A stretch of 64,000 nt of DNA from Cyanobacteria bacterium P01_A01_bin.123 (lineage in GTDB: Bacteria > Cyanobacteriota > Cyanobacteriia > Phormidesmidales > Phormidesmidaceae). Shown here piece by piece: positions 38,646 through 48,217 of this stretch. The stretch covers positions 37,477 through 101,476 of the forward strand of contig JBCBZT010000030.1 in the NCBI GenBank assembly GCA_039815185.1. Direction: 5' to 3'. A model generated the notes under the pieces. It saw nothing but the letters and a program-made list of their open reading frames with translations, was not told the DNA's origin and searched no databases. A program made the translations under genes and the position numbers. How positions within the stretch are numbered: the first letter of the stretch is position 1; each line of letters starts with the position of its first letter.

Positions 38646-39620
38646 TCAATAATCACGCCCTGAAAATCCAGTCAAAGGATCTTGCTGCAAATCCCACAGG
38701 CAAACGGAATCGGTCGCAGTTTTAAGGATAAGACTGCTGCCTGAAACAATCTGGCCAATGGGTTGGCAGACCAGTTGTTGGGCTTGAAAGAGGGGCTGAA
38801 TTTGGTCTAGATAATCTGGGCGAACGCTGAGCACAAAACCATAACTGGGAAAGTTGATCAGCCATTTCCCTAAGCTGAGTGCTGGCGGGCAGGGTATATC
38901 GTCAAGGCCAATTATCGCCCCGCAACCAGAAGCTTCCAGCAACATCAGAGTCGTGCCCACAATACCGCCCATACTCACGTCTTTAGCAGTGTCGCAGAGT
39001 TCGGCTTCAGCGAGTTGGGGCAAGAGTTCCAAGTGAGCTTGTAACCTGTCATGGGATTTCATCCTCGCAGCATCCCAAAAGGGATACTGGGGATGGGGTT
39101 GACCATCCAAATCAGTAATCAGGACTAGGACATCGCCAGGGCAAGCATTAAAGCTGGTCAGCAATCGCTGGGCTCGGCCTAAAATGGCCACTGACAAGGC
39201 TTCGTAGGGGCTGTGGCAGTTGGTATGCCCTCCCACGATGGGCACATTAAACGCTTTGGAAGCCGCCATCATGCCGTTCCAAAGCGTCTGAGCATGGGCT
39301 TTGTGACCACTCCAAAGCGCATCCACCACGGCAATCGGGCGACCGCCCATGGCATAGACATCGCTGACGTTGACCAAAACCGCACACCAGCCCGCAAACC
39401 AAGGGTCTGACTCAACCAGTGTCGGCCAAAGTCCCTCTGCTGCTAGGAGCAAATAACCATCACTATCAGGGATCGCAGCACAGTCATCGCCCAACAGAAT
39501 GGGCTGTTGGGTAGTCGTATGTGGGACCCAGCGACCGAGATTAGCGGCAGCAGTTTGAATATCCCGCTTGTGTAAAATGCCTAGGGTTTGCCGCAGTTCT
39601 GCTGCCAAAGCCTTGAGCAT
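38646..39620 (-). CDS. nitF: Sll0787-family AIR-synthase-like protein (Nit1C cluster)
   Basis: GDDCAAIP, VNVSDVYAMGGRP, VGGHTN, KDVSMGG; cluster context. Confidence 0.85.
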   Translation of the reverse strand: MLKALAAELRQTLGILHKRDIQTAAANLGRWVPHTTTQQPILLGDDCAAIPDSDGYLLLAAEGLWPTLVESDPWFAGWCAVLVNVSDVYAMGGRPIAVVDALWSGHKAHAQTLWNGMMAASKAFNVPIVGGHTNCHSPYEALSVAILGRAQRLLTSFNACPGDVLVLITDLDGQPHPQYPFWDAARMKSHDRLQAHLELLPQLAEAELCDTAKDVSMGGIVGTTLMLLEASGCGAIIGLDDIPCPPALSLGKWLINFPSYGFVLSVRPDYLDQIQPLFQAQQLVCQPIGQIVSGSSLILKTATDSVCLWDLQQDPLTGFSGRDY

Positions 39621-40135
39621 TAGGACACCTTGAGCACGGGGGCTAGGGCAGGGCGGGCTTCATCACTAGGGGGGTAAAAGTTGAGGTCGGCTTCCATCAG
39701 GTGATGGGCACGATCGTAGATGTCTAATTCTTCCAAAGACGCCCAGTGTAGCCGCCTAAAGAACCGTACATTTTGGAGTTGAACGGTCGCCAAAAAGCGA
39801 TCGCAGCCCCACCCATTAGCCGTCGTCACCGCCTTTTGAATCAGTCCTTTGCCAATCCGCCCGACCCGGCGATAGTTGGGGTGAACTCCCAAACGCCCCC
39901 CATACCAGAGTCGCGACTCAGTTTCATAGATACGCACAATACCGACAATCCGGCGTCCGGCTAGGAAGTGATGTTCTACAGCAATGATGGGATAAGCAAT
40001 GTCATCAATCTCATCAATGTCATTGCCGCTGAATAGACCTTGCTCGTCACAAAAAATCGCTCGCCGCAACCTAAAGTAGGCCCGCAAATCTTGGGGTGAC
40101 TGGGCAAGCTCAAACGTGTATCGAGGCAGCGACAT
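39620..40135 (-). CDS. nitE: MSMEG_0567/Sll0786-family GNAT acetyltransferase (Nit1C)
   Basis: LRRAIFCDEQG, WYGGRLGV, FLATVQ.QN..FF. Confidence 0.85.
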   Translation of the reverse strand: MSLPRYTFELAQSPQDLRAYFRLRRAIFCDEQGLFSGNDIDEIDDIAYPIIAVEHHFLAGRRIVGIVRIYETESRLWYGGRLGVHPNYRRVGRIGKGLIQKAVTTANGWGCDRFLATVQLQNVRFFRRLHWASLEELDIYDRAHHLMEADLNFYPPSDEARPALAPVLKVS

Positions 40136-40234
40136 TAGATAAAAACCCTCCTAAATAGATGGTCAACACATACAGAGGCAACACACAGGGAACACCAACC
40201 GACACAGGTACCAATTTTCTAAACTTACGCTATC

Positions 40235-40289
40235 AATCAGACCCTACCCAGCCTCCCCTTATAAACGGGAGGTGCCGCAGGCAGAGGGG
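40235..40289 (+). repeat. 55-bp short dispersed repeat, copy 2
   Basis: aatcagaccctacccagcctccccttataaacgggaggtgccgcaggcagagggg; internal stem cctccc/gggagg. Confidence 0.7.
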
Positions 40290-40305
40290 TGCTGATCAGG
40301 ATTCA

Positions 40306-41394
40306 TCATTTCTCAAAGGCAGACAGGGCCGAACAGGCTCCACACTTGGCACACCCAGCATTGATTGCATCTGAGGTCATGCCTGCCCGCTTCAACAAAG
40401 CGCCAACGCGTTGATACACAGCAGCCATAAAGTCAGTAGCCGGGGCTGGATGATGGGCTAAGGGTGTGTCGGTGATGGGCACAAACGGCACGACGAAGGG
40501 ATAAACGCCGAGATCAATGAGCCGTTCTGAGGTTTCCACCAGAGTTTCTAAAGAATCCCCTAACCCGGCTAACAGATAGGTACTGACCTGGCCCCATCCA
40601 AAGACTTTGACTGCCGCTGCAAAAGCCTCGAAGTAAACCGAAACAGGAATTTCGGCTTTTCCGGGCATAATTTTGGCGCGCACTTGAGCGTTAACAGCTT
40701 CCAGGTGCATCCCCAGGCTATCGATACCCGCAGCCTTCATGCGCTCAAACCAGGCAAAGTCGGCTGGGGGTTCACACTGGGCCTGAATCGGTAAATCCAC
40801 AAGTGCTTTGATCGCTTTGGCACAGTCAGCCAGGTAGGCAGTGCCTCGATCGGTGGTATTCGGTGTGCCCGTGGTCATCACCATATGGGTTACCCCGTCT
40901 AGGCGAACCGCAGCTTCAGCCACTTCAGCCAGTTGTGCCGGGGTTTTGCGGGCAATCGTGCGGCCTTGATCGAGGGATTTTTCAATGGCACAAAATTGAC
41001 AGGCAGTGGCCTCATCTCGGTAGCGCATACAGGTCTGCTGCACTGTGGTAGCCAGTACATCATGGCTGTGAAGTAGAGCAATCTTCCAGTACGGGATACC
41101 ATCAGCCGTGGTTAGACCATAGAACTTAGGCTGAGCTGGAAATTCAATTGCCGCCACGGGGCTATCAGTGTGAGTTAGCGTAGCCTGTCGGCTACCTTGC
41201 TGAACTTCAACTGTGTAGGGAGACTGGGTGGCTGTGCCTGTGTAGATCGGCACCATCACCGTGGTGCCATCCACCGTCACGGCTTTGTGATCGGAAGGCC
41301 CCGCCCCGCCCCGTCGCCCGTTCGCCCCGACGGCGGCATCCACCAGTCGCAAACCGTGGGATTGAAGTTCGGTAATCAGTTGCTGTTTTTTCAT
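40306..41394 (-). CDS. nitD: MSMEG_0568-family radical SAM protein (Nit1C)
   Basis: GGAGPSDHKA, C-x9-CQFC, C-terminal GCAKCGACS. Confidence 0.9.
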   Translation of the reverse strand: MKKQQLITELQSHGLRLVDAAVGANGRRGGAGPSDHKAVTVDGTTVMVPIYTGTATQSPYTVEVQQGSRQATLTHTDSPVAAIEFPAQPKFYGLTTADGIPYWKIALLHSHDVLATTVQQTCMRYRDEATACQFCAIEKSLDQGRTIARKTPAQLAEVAEAAVRLDGVTHMVMTTGTPNTTDRGTAYLADCAKAIKALVDLPIQAQCEPPADFAWFERMKAAGIDSLGMHLEAVNAQVRAKIMPGKAEIPVSVYFEAFAAAVKVFGWGQVSTYLLAGLGDSLETLVETSERLIDLGVYPFVVPFVPITDTPLAHHPAPATDFMAAVYQRVGALLKRAGMTSDAINAGCAKCGACSALSAFEK

Positions 41395-41422
41395 AGGACA
41401 TTCCCGTCTAATTTGAACGGCC

Positions 41423-42478
41423 CTAGACTGGAATTTCAGAATCGATCGGGCCAGGTTGAATAACGCCGGCTTGGAGAGGAGAAGATTGGGGGACTTCAGG
41501 GGCAGGCATCACGGATTGCGATCGCCCTGGAATTGCCGTTTCGGCGTCCAATCCGGCAATCAGTGACCAGGCCTCTTGATTCACCTGGAGCTTGAGCAAA
41601 TCGGGTCGAGCGTAGTGACCGACCGAATCCATCATGCGTTTGCGCTTGGTGATCAGCGAAAAGTCTAGATCGGCGATCACCATCCCTTCTCCTTCAGTAA
41701 GGGGCTCGCTTAGCGGTACGCCCTCTGGACTAATAATGGCGGTATAGCAGCCTCCGCTGAGCACCCGATGGAGCTTTTCGTCGGGGGTAATCTGTTGCTT
41801 TTGGGCATCTGTCAACCAGCCTGTGGCGTTGACCACAAAACACCCCGACTCTAAGGCATGGTGACGCATGGTCACTTCCATCTGGTCGCCAAAGATTTGG
41901 CCCACCATCGATCCTGGGAACTGACCGCAGTGGATTTGCTCATGCTGAACCATCAATGCAAACCGAGCCAGCGGATTGTAATGCTCCCAACAGGCCAGGG
42001 AACCCAGTCGCCCGACCTGAGTATCCAATACTTTTAAGCCTGCACCGTCTCCTTGCCCCCAAACCATGCGCTCATGGTAGGTAGGCGTAATCTTGCGACG
42101 CTTTAGCAGCAGTGCACCGTCAGCGTCAAAGATCAGTTGAGTGTTGTACAGCGATCCGGCATCTCGCTCATTCACCCCCAAAACCACGACCATGCTGTAT
42201 GACCGTGCCGCTCGGGAAACGGCATCCACCACAGGCCCCGGCACAATAACCGCTTCTTCATAGAGCTGCATGTGGGCTTTGCCCATCAGCACTGGCGGTT
42301 GCACAAACGAAAAATAGGGATAGTAAGGCACAAACGTCTCTGGAAAGACGATCAGATTGACCCCTTGTTTGGCCGCAGACGCGATCGCGTCCAAGACCTT
42401 TTCAGTGGTGCCTTCGCAACTGTGCAAAACTGGGCTGATTTGAACTGCCGCTGCCCGAACGGTCTTGACATAATCCAT
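41423..42478 (-). CDS. nitC: Nit6803-family nitrilase (Nit1C)
   Basis: Catalytic triad VFPET, RRKITPT, ACWEH. Confidence 0.92.
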   Translation of the reverse strand: MDYVKTVRAAAVQISPVLHSCEGTTEKVLDAIASAAKQGVNLIVFPETFVPYYPYFSFVQPPVLMGKAHMQLYEEAVIVPGPVVDAVSRAARSYSMVVVLGVNERDAGSLYNTQLIFDADGALLLKRRKITPTYHERMVWGQGDGAGLKVLDTQVGRLGSLACWEHYNPLARFALMVQHEQIHCGQFPGSMVGQIFGDQMEVTMRHHALESGCFVVNATGWLTDAQKQQITPDEKLHRVLSGGCYTAIISPEGVPLSEPLTEGEGMVIADLDFSLITKRKRMMDSVGHYARPDLLKLQVNQEAWSLIAGLDAETAIPGRSQSVMPAPEVPQSSPLQAGVIQPGPIDSEIPV

Positions 42479-42547
42479 AAGGTCATTTGGGGTGAGGAGT
42501 GGCCGAACAATGATAGCTGGCCGGTTGGACGCTGTTCTACATTGTCT

Positions 42548-43030
42548 CTACATCGTCCAGGTGTCGAGGATAAACGCCCCTTCCTTGCGGTGGACGAGCA
42601 CAATATCCAGCACATCTAGGGGGTTGATGGGAGTAATGCCAGGAATCAGCGAGGGTTCCCCATGACCATAAAGCGCCTGCAAGGCAAAGCGGCAGGCATA
42701 AACTTTACCACCTTCTTCCATCACTTTGACCAACTGATTGTTCATCGCCATGTGACCCGGAAAGGCTTCATCACCCAACTTAGGAAAACCTCGTTGAACA
42801 CCTAAGGTAACGCCAGGGCCATAGAGCAATACAGAGGTCTCAAACCCTTTGCGGATCAAGCGAGTTGCCTGGAGCAAATTGACCAAGCCAATCGACCCTT
42901 CAAAGGCAACGGTGTGGAAGGTAACCAAGGCTTTCTCTCCAGGCTCAGCCTGAACATCAGGAAAAACCTTCTCTTCATAATCGACAAAGAAATCGCCGGC
43001 TTTGTGCGCGGGGGTAGTTACTTCAGGCAT
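42548..43030 (-). CDS. nitB: MSMEG_0572/Sll0783-family DsrE-like protein (Nit1C)
   Basis: [37 protein letters not shown]. Confidence 0.9.
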   Translation of the reverse strand: MPEVTTPAHKAGDFFVDYEEKVFPDVQAEPGEKALVTFHTVAFEGSIGLVNLLQATRLIRKGFETSVLLYGPGVTLGVQRGFPKLGDEAFPGHMAMNNQLVKVMEEGGKVYACRFALQALYGHGEPSLIPGITPINPLDVLDIVLVHRKEGAFILDTWTM

Positions 43031-43089
43031 GAATCAAATCCTTTTTGCTGATTAGCTACAGTGAATCGGCGACAACCGAATTACCCAGC

Positions 43090-43132
43090 ACCATAAGCGG
43101 TTGTTTAGCCCATTCTTGTAGCGGTTGCGACA
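43090..43132 (-). promoter_or_regulatory. NtcA-type promoter candidate for the nitB operon
   Basis: Minus strand tGTC-N8-TACa (43131-43118), 22 nt, then TATGGT (-10 of TAN3T form). Confidence 0.6.
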
Positions 43133-43239
43133 AAAAATAGCAGCCTACGCGAAAAGATAGGCCGCTTTCCGTTACGCAATATTTGATGCCGATCAGATAA
43201 CAATTCCCTACCAAAAATGATAGTAAAACCTGGAGTTTT

Positions 43240-43253
43240 GTAGCTTGAGTTAC
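43240..43253. promoter_or_regulatory. Perfect NtcA consensus site
   Basis: GTA-GCTTGAGT-TAC; no -10 at the canonical 22-nt spacing toward nitB. Confidence 0.5.
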
Positions 43254-43470
43254 TATGTTGGTCGCGAATCAACCGTGAAAAGCCTTTCAACAGCAATAGT
43301 TGTGAGCAAATCGTGGTGGAGCATCTGGACAACAGTGGCTGGTCAATCGGATGTCATTTAACCCCAGTGTTCATGCCTCAACCCAAAAATCTATTTGAAG
43401 TGATAGGAATTGAATTGTCTTAGGGTTAATAGAGGCAATCGCCTGCGCATACTAATAGCTTTTTATTTTC

Positions 43471-43513
43471 TGTAGTTAAAAATACAAGGCGATCGCGATT
43501 CAGCCTTTAACGT
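43471..43513 (+). promoter_or_regulatory. Canonical NtcA-activated promoter for nitH
   Basis: tGTA-GTTAAAAA-TACa, exactly 22 nt, then TAACGT. Confidence 0.8.
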
Positions 43514-43551
43514 TGCAACTAATCAATTATTTTTAGAATTCAATAAAAGCC

Positions 43552-44829
43552 ATGCAACACCACGACGTCATTATTGTGGGCGGTGGCCAGTCAGGACTCT
43601 CTATGAGCTACTGCTTGAAAGAGCGGGGCATTGAGCATCTGGTCTTCGAAAAACATCAGATCGGCCATGCTTGGCGCAACCAGCGATGGGACTCATTTTG
43701 TTTGGTAACCCCCAACTGGCAGTGTCAGCTTCCTGGCTTTTCCTACCCAGGGGAAACAGCTAACGGCTTTATGGTGCGTGACGATATTGTTCAATACATC
43801 GAAGACTATGCTCGCAGCTTCCAACCGCCCGTCAAAGAAGGGGTAACCGTTCATCGGGTCAAACAAGAAGGTCGTGAGCGATTTCACCTCACGACTTCGA
43901 TTGGTGAATATACGGCAAATCGAGTTGTCATTGCCACTGGGGGTTACCACAAACCAAAAATCCCGATGTTTTCGGCTCGCCTGCCAAACCCTATCTTGCA
44001 ACTCCACTCCTCACAGTATAAAAATCCGGCCATGCTGCCAGAGGGTGCAGTACTGGTCGTGGGCACGGGACAGTCAGGCTGTCAGATTGCTGAAGACTTG
44101 CACTTAGCAGGCAAGCAAGTCCACCTCTGTGTAGGCAGTGCTCCCCGATCCCCTCGGCGATATCGTGGTAAAGATGTCGTGGACTGGCTTGATCAAATGG
44201 GCTATTACGATTTACCTGTTGATGAACACCCCCAAAAAGAGACCGTGCGTCACAAGACGAATCACTACCTCACCGGACGCGACGGGGGGCGTGAAATCGA
44301 TCTGCGCCAGTTTGCCCTAGAAGGAATGCAGCTCCATGGCCGCTTGACCAATATTGAAGGGGCGCAACTCCACTTTGATGACACGCTGAAGCAAAATTTG
44401 GATCAGGCCGATGCAGTGTCAAACAGCATCAAACACACCATCGATACTTTCATCGATCAGAATCACATTAGTGCCCCTCCAGGCGATCGCTATCAGCCCA
44501 TTTGGGAACCCCAAGACAGCCTATCGTCCTTAGATTTCATCGCTGCTAACATCAAATCGGTAATTTGGTCAATTGGCTACCACACCGACTTTAGCTGGAT
44601 CGATGTCCCTGTGTTTGATGGCAAAGGGTATCCCGGTCACGACCGCGGGGTAACCCCCGTTAAAGGGCTCTATTTCTTAGGGTTGCCTTGGCTCTACACG
44701 TGGGGATCAGGACGGTTCTCTGGGGTCGCACGGGATGCTCGGTATTTGGCTGATTACATGGTCATGGCCAGACGTAAGGTGCAGTCGCCCTTATTAGAGG
44801 TGATCAACGAAATGGCATTGGGTTCTTGA
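43552..44829 (+). CDS. nitH: MSMEG_0569-family flavin-dependent oxidoreductase (Nit1C)
   Basis: GGGQSG, RWDSFCLVTPNWQCQLPG, GTGQSGCQIAEDL, WGSGRFSGV. Confidence 0.88.
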   Translation: MQHHDVIIVGGGQSGLSMSYCLKERGIEHLVFEKHQIGHAWRNQRWDSFCLVTPNWQCQLPGFSYPGETANGFMVRDDIVQYIEDYARSFQPPVKEGVTVHRVKQEGRERFHLTTSIGEYTANRVVIATGGYHKPKIPMFSARLPNPILQLHSSQYKNPAMLPEGAVLVVGTGQSGCQIAEDLHLAGKQVHLCVGSAPRSPRRYRGKDVVDWLDQMGYYDLPVDEHPQKETVRHKTNHYLTGRDGGREIDLRQFALEGMQLHGRLTNIEGAQLHFDDTLKQNLDQADAVSNSIKHTIDTFIDQNHISAPPGDRYQPIWEPQDSLSSLDFIAANIKSVIWSIGYHTDFSWIDVPVFDGKGYPGHDRGVTPVKGLYFLGLPWLYTWGSGRFSGVARDARYLADYMVMARRKVQSPLLEVINEMALGS

Positions 44830-44844
44830 CACCACAACTGCAGT

Positions 44845-44880
44845 AGCACAATCACCCCAGCATGCTGGGGTGATTGTGCT
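44845..44880. terminator. Perfect 36-bp palindrome between convergent nitH and isiX
   Basis: agcacaatcaccccagcatgctggggtgattgtgct equals its own reverse complement. Confidence 0.7.
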
Positions 44881-44936
44881 CCATGGGTAGCATCGTTCAG
44901 ACCTGAAGCACCTGAACGTACCGCATCAACATTTCC

Positions 44937-46370
44937 TCAGTGGGTACCGTTAGTCTGGCTGGGTTCATAAAACACAGTACCCAGAGATTGGGGATAATCC
45001 GGTGTCTCAGCTAACTGCTGGGGTTGTTCATAAAGCCGCCCTGATGAGCGCGTACCATAACCGAACATAGCCTTTACATCCCCACTGGCAGGAAACTGAT
45101 AGACCGTGCGCTTTTCGAGATGATAGGTGGTCTGATAAAGCGTCTTCTGCACGCCATCAATGTCGGTTAAGCTCGGTTGGTCGATCCCTTGAGAACAAGC
45201 GTAGACATAGTCTTCAAAGGGTTGTTCTTGTTTCAGCAAGGGTTGGGGTTGAAACTGGGGGGCCTCGTATTGCACCTGTAACAGGGGTTGGGGTTTAGGA
45301 TGTACCGGGTTGTGATAGACCAGGTTAGGATTATCGCTGACTTCAGCCATATTCTGCCGCCAGTTTCGCAGCATTTCGGCAATGTCGAGCCCCATAGCCC
45401 GCTGAAAATGCCAAAGACCACCCTGTAAGAAGAAAAAGGCCAGGTAAAAGTGGGTATTAGCCAACCAGACGCGAGACGTATACCCCCCTGCCAAACTCGC
45501 ATTTGGGTCAAAATAGGAGGGTAGAAAAGCTGATTTAAGTTCCAGCGTCGGCCCATAAAATTCTGCTGGATAGGCCAGGGTATTAAATCCGCAGTAATAA
45601 GATGCGGCAAATCCGGCTATGGCAATGCCAAACAACGAGTAAGACAGAATACCGTCTGCGGAAAATAGAAAGACCTGCTTGACCCAGTCGAACGGCGGCA
45701 CCAGAATATGCCAGGCTCCCCCTAAAATTAGCAACGCAACCACATAGATATGCCCCCCCACTAAATCTTCTAGGGTGTTCACATCAAACAGATGCGTTCT
45801 GTAATCCCAGATGATGCCGGGATCTAGCGTCGGAGAGGCAACTAGTCTAACGTCCTCAAGGTTGGCATCGTAAAGTCCACCAAAGAACATGGCTTTGGCG
45901 ACCAACAACAGGGCCCCTAATCCCAAAATGACTAAGTGGTGGCCCAGAATAAAGCCCAGTTTTTTAGGATCGTCCCATTCAAAATGGAATTTGGCCGCGT
46001 TTCCCTGAGCCAGAGCCAGACTGGGAGACAGACGGTTGCGATGAAAATAGGCACCGGCTGCCAAAACGCCAGCCGCCACGATGTGAATCACGCCGATGGC
46101 AAAGCAGGGGTACGTATCAACGATGGTTCCTCCAGAGCCAACTCCCCAACCTTCAGTAGCCAGGTGGGGCAGTAGAATCAGCCCTTGGGCGTACATCGGT
46201 GCATCAGAAGAATACACGGCTAGTTCAAACAACGTAAATGCGCCTGCCCACAGCATGATTAATGCTGCCTGAGCTACATGGGCGACAATAAACGTATTGG
46301 ATAAGTCAATAAATCGGGCATTACCAGCCCACCAGGGATGTGTTTCCTGGGTTTTGCTTGAAGCGTACAT
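44937..46370 (-). CDS. isiX: IsiA/CP43-like chlorophyll-binding protein with long hydrophilic C-terminal extension (IsiX-type)
   Basis: [42 protein letters not shown]; downstream of apcD4-apcB3. Confidence 0.8.
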   Translation of the reverse strand: MYASSKTQETHPWWAGNARFIDLSNTFIVAHVAQAALIMLWAGAFTLFELAVYSSDAPMYAQGLILLPHLATEGWGVGSGGTIVDTYPCFAIGVIHIVAAGVLAAGAYFHRNRLSPSLALAQGNAAKFHFEWDDPKKLGFILGHHLVILGLGALLLVAKAMFFGGLYDANLEDVRLVASPTLDPGIIWDYRTHLFDVNTLEDLVGGHIYVVALLILGGAWHILVPPFDWVKQVFLFSADGILSYSLFGIAIAGFAASYYCGFNTLAYPAEFYGPTLELKSAFLPSYFDPNASLAGGYTSRVWLANTHFYLAFFFLQGGLWHFQRAMGLDIAEMLRNWRQNMAEVSDNPNLVYHNPVHPKPQPLLQVQYEAPQFQPQPLLKQEQPFEDYVYACSQGIDQPSLTDIDGVQKTLYQTTYHLEKRTVYQFPASGDVKAMFGYGTRSSGRLYEQPQQLAETPDYPQSLGTVFYEPSQTNGTH

Positions 46371-46457
46371 GGCAATTGGTTGACTGCGACAGCGGTTTCC
46401 AACAGAGGCCTACCCTCAACGGATAGGCCCTCGAATCTAAATGCTAGATATGGAGGC

Positions 46458-46943
46458 TTAGCTCAGACCCGCAATGATGTGATCGAGATAAACATCCATC
46501 TCTTGACCCGCCTCACTCCCAACCCGTTGGGTAACGACTTCTTTCATTGCTTGAACGGCCTGAATTGTCGGCTCAATCGGAACGCCTAATGAGAGGTAGG
46601 TTTCCTTTAAGCCATTCAGCACCCGCTCATCCAATATCGAGGTATCTGCCGCCAGCATGGCATAGGTTCCGTAGCGTAAGAAATAGGTCAAATCTCGCAG
46701 ACAGGCCGCATAACGCCGGGTTGGATACATATTGCCGCCAGGGCAAGTAATGTCTCCATAAAGTAGGCTTTTTGCGACAGTATCGCTGATAATGCTGGCA
46801 GCACTAGCGCCAATCTGGGTGGCTGCTTTTACCCGTAATGTCCCGCTTTGAAAATATTGCTTCAGTTTTTCTAGCTCTGAACCCTCTAGGTAGCTTCCTT
46901 TCTCATCAGCAGGGTTGATAGTGGCTGTAATGGTGTCTTGCAT
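46458..46943 (-). CDS. apcB3: Allophycocyanin beta variant (far-red/low-light type)
   Basis: [38 protein letters not shown]; differs from ApcB1 pattern. Confidence 0.8.
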   Translation of the reverse strand: MQDTITATINPADEKGSYLEGSELEKLKQYFQSGTLRVKAATQIGASAASIISDTVAKSLLYGDITCPGGNMYPTRRYAACLRDLTYFLRYGTYAMLAADTSILDERVLNGLKETYLSLGVPIEPTIQAVQAMKEVVTQRVGSEAGQEMDVYLDHIIAGLS

Positions 46944-47043
46944 GGTTTCCTTATCTGAATGTCAAATTCAACACAAAAAATCGACACTGATGAAAGGCCT
47001 TAAGTTGTCTAGAGACTAAAAGGTTTGAAGATCTTTTTAAGAT

Positions 47044-47517
47044 CTAAAATGCACGAATTAACTGATCAAAGTAAGGTGCGGCTAAAGCACCTTCTTCAGA
47101 ACTTAAGAGGCCTATTGCCACTTCTTTGAGATTACGCATGGCCATCTTTAAATTTGCCAGTGGAACCCCCAGTGACACATACATGTCACGCATACCATCC
47201 AGCCCGATATCTTCTAAGGGCTTAGCATTACCCGCCAAAACACAGTAGCTCACTAAGCGGATATACCATCCCTGATCGCGCTGGCAGAGGGCAGTCTTCT
47301 GAGGATTGCCACTGTTGCTGGGAGTGTTGGGACATTGAGACCAAAACCGCTTGCTACCTTCATCGACAATTTTTTGCTCATTTGAAGCGAGCTTCTGTGA
47401 TGCGCTAATGCGCGTCGTCCCATTATTAAAGAAATCTTGCAGCTGACTTAGTTCAGCACTGCTAAAGAAACGGTTTGCCTGATCGGATTGAGCAATAACT
47501 TTGGCAACAATGCTCAT
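47044..47517 (-). CDS. apcD4: Allophycocyanin alpha variant (far-red/low-light type)
   Basis: MSIVAKVIAQSD, FWSQCPNTPSN.GNPQKTALCQRDQGWYIRL, PYFDQLIRAF. Confidence 0.82.
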   Translation of the reverse strand: MSIVAKVIAQSDQANRFFSSAELSQLQDFFNNGTTRISASQKLASNEQKIVDEGSKRFWSQCPNTPSNSGNPQKTALCQRDQGWYIRLVSYCVLAGNAKPLEDIGLDGMRDMYVSLGVPLANLKMAMRNLKEVAIGLLSSEEGALAAPYFDQLIRAF

Positions 47518-47726
47518 AGTTGAGAATCCTCCTAAAATAACTTATGTCTAATCAAACGCAACAAAACCTGTGACACAGTGATATGCCAATTAGGTTGACA
47601 AATGATTCAATGGCTGAAGCCGCCAGCATGAGTTGTCAATAAAAAATCTATAAGCTCAGCATTTGAACTCAGATTGATTGCGGTTTTCAGTTCATAATGA
47701 ACCTTAAATAGCCATTGGAAATTGTG

Positions 47727-47756
47727 ATTCTTTCAGCACTAACTTGCTGAAAGAAT
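47727..47756. promoter_or_regulatory. 12-bp perfect inverted repeat upstream of apcD4
   Basis: attctttcagca-ctaact-tgctgaaagaat. Confidence 0.5.
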
Positions 47757-48217
47757 GTGCAAATTTTGGCTATAAATTATTCCCTGGCAGAAATATAATC
47801 CAGTTAGTAAGAAACTGAACCATAGACAGAACTAAATCATTTGTCAAAAACAAGCCAAGGCAATATTACTTACCCTTAAAAGATAAAAGTTAAGCGTCAC
47901 CATTAGATAGTTTTGCTCAAAAACTAAACATATAAGTTTAAGGAAATTTACCTACCAATAAAGAATTTTGATCTTCTCAATTGTTCCAATAGTTTTTTTC
48001 AATTTCTATCTATCGTGGGGTTGATGGCGTGAGGCCACTTTACAAAAAGGAGATTGGGGCGCGATCGCTGCTCAGAAGCACAATGGGCAATCCAGTTCTT
48101 CAGCTAAGCCTGTCTCTGTGATTTGAGTTTGGCTCGCCTGTCACTAGGCTGGCTCACGCGTATCGAAATATAAACCTGGATCATCTGATTGTAAAGTGCC
48201 CGTTGTAAAGACCGGGG

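Noticed and set aside
40306..41394. Novel radical-SAM RiPP pathway
   Set aside because: Sequence and neighbours match the known Nit1C cluster; no precursor peptide evident
44937..47517. FaRLiP cluster
   Set aside because: No rfpABC, chlF, apcE2 or paralogous psa/psb genes here; the three-gene layout fits LoLiP
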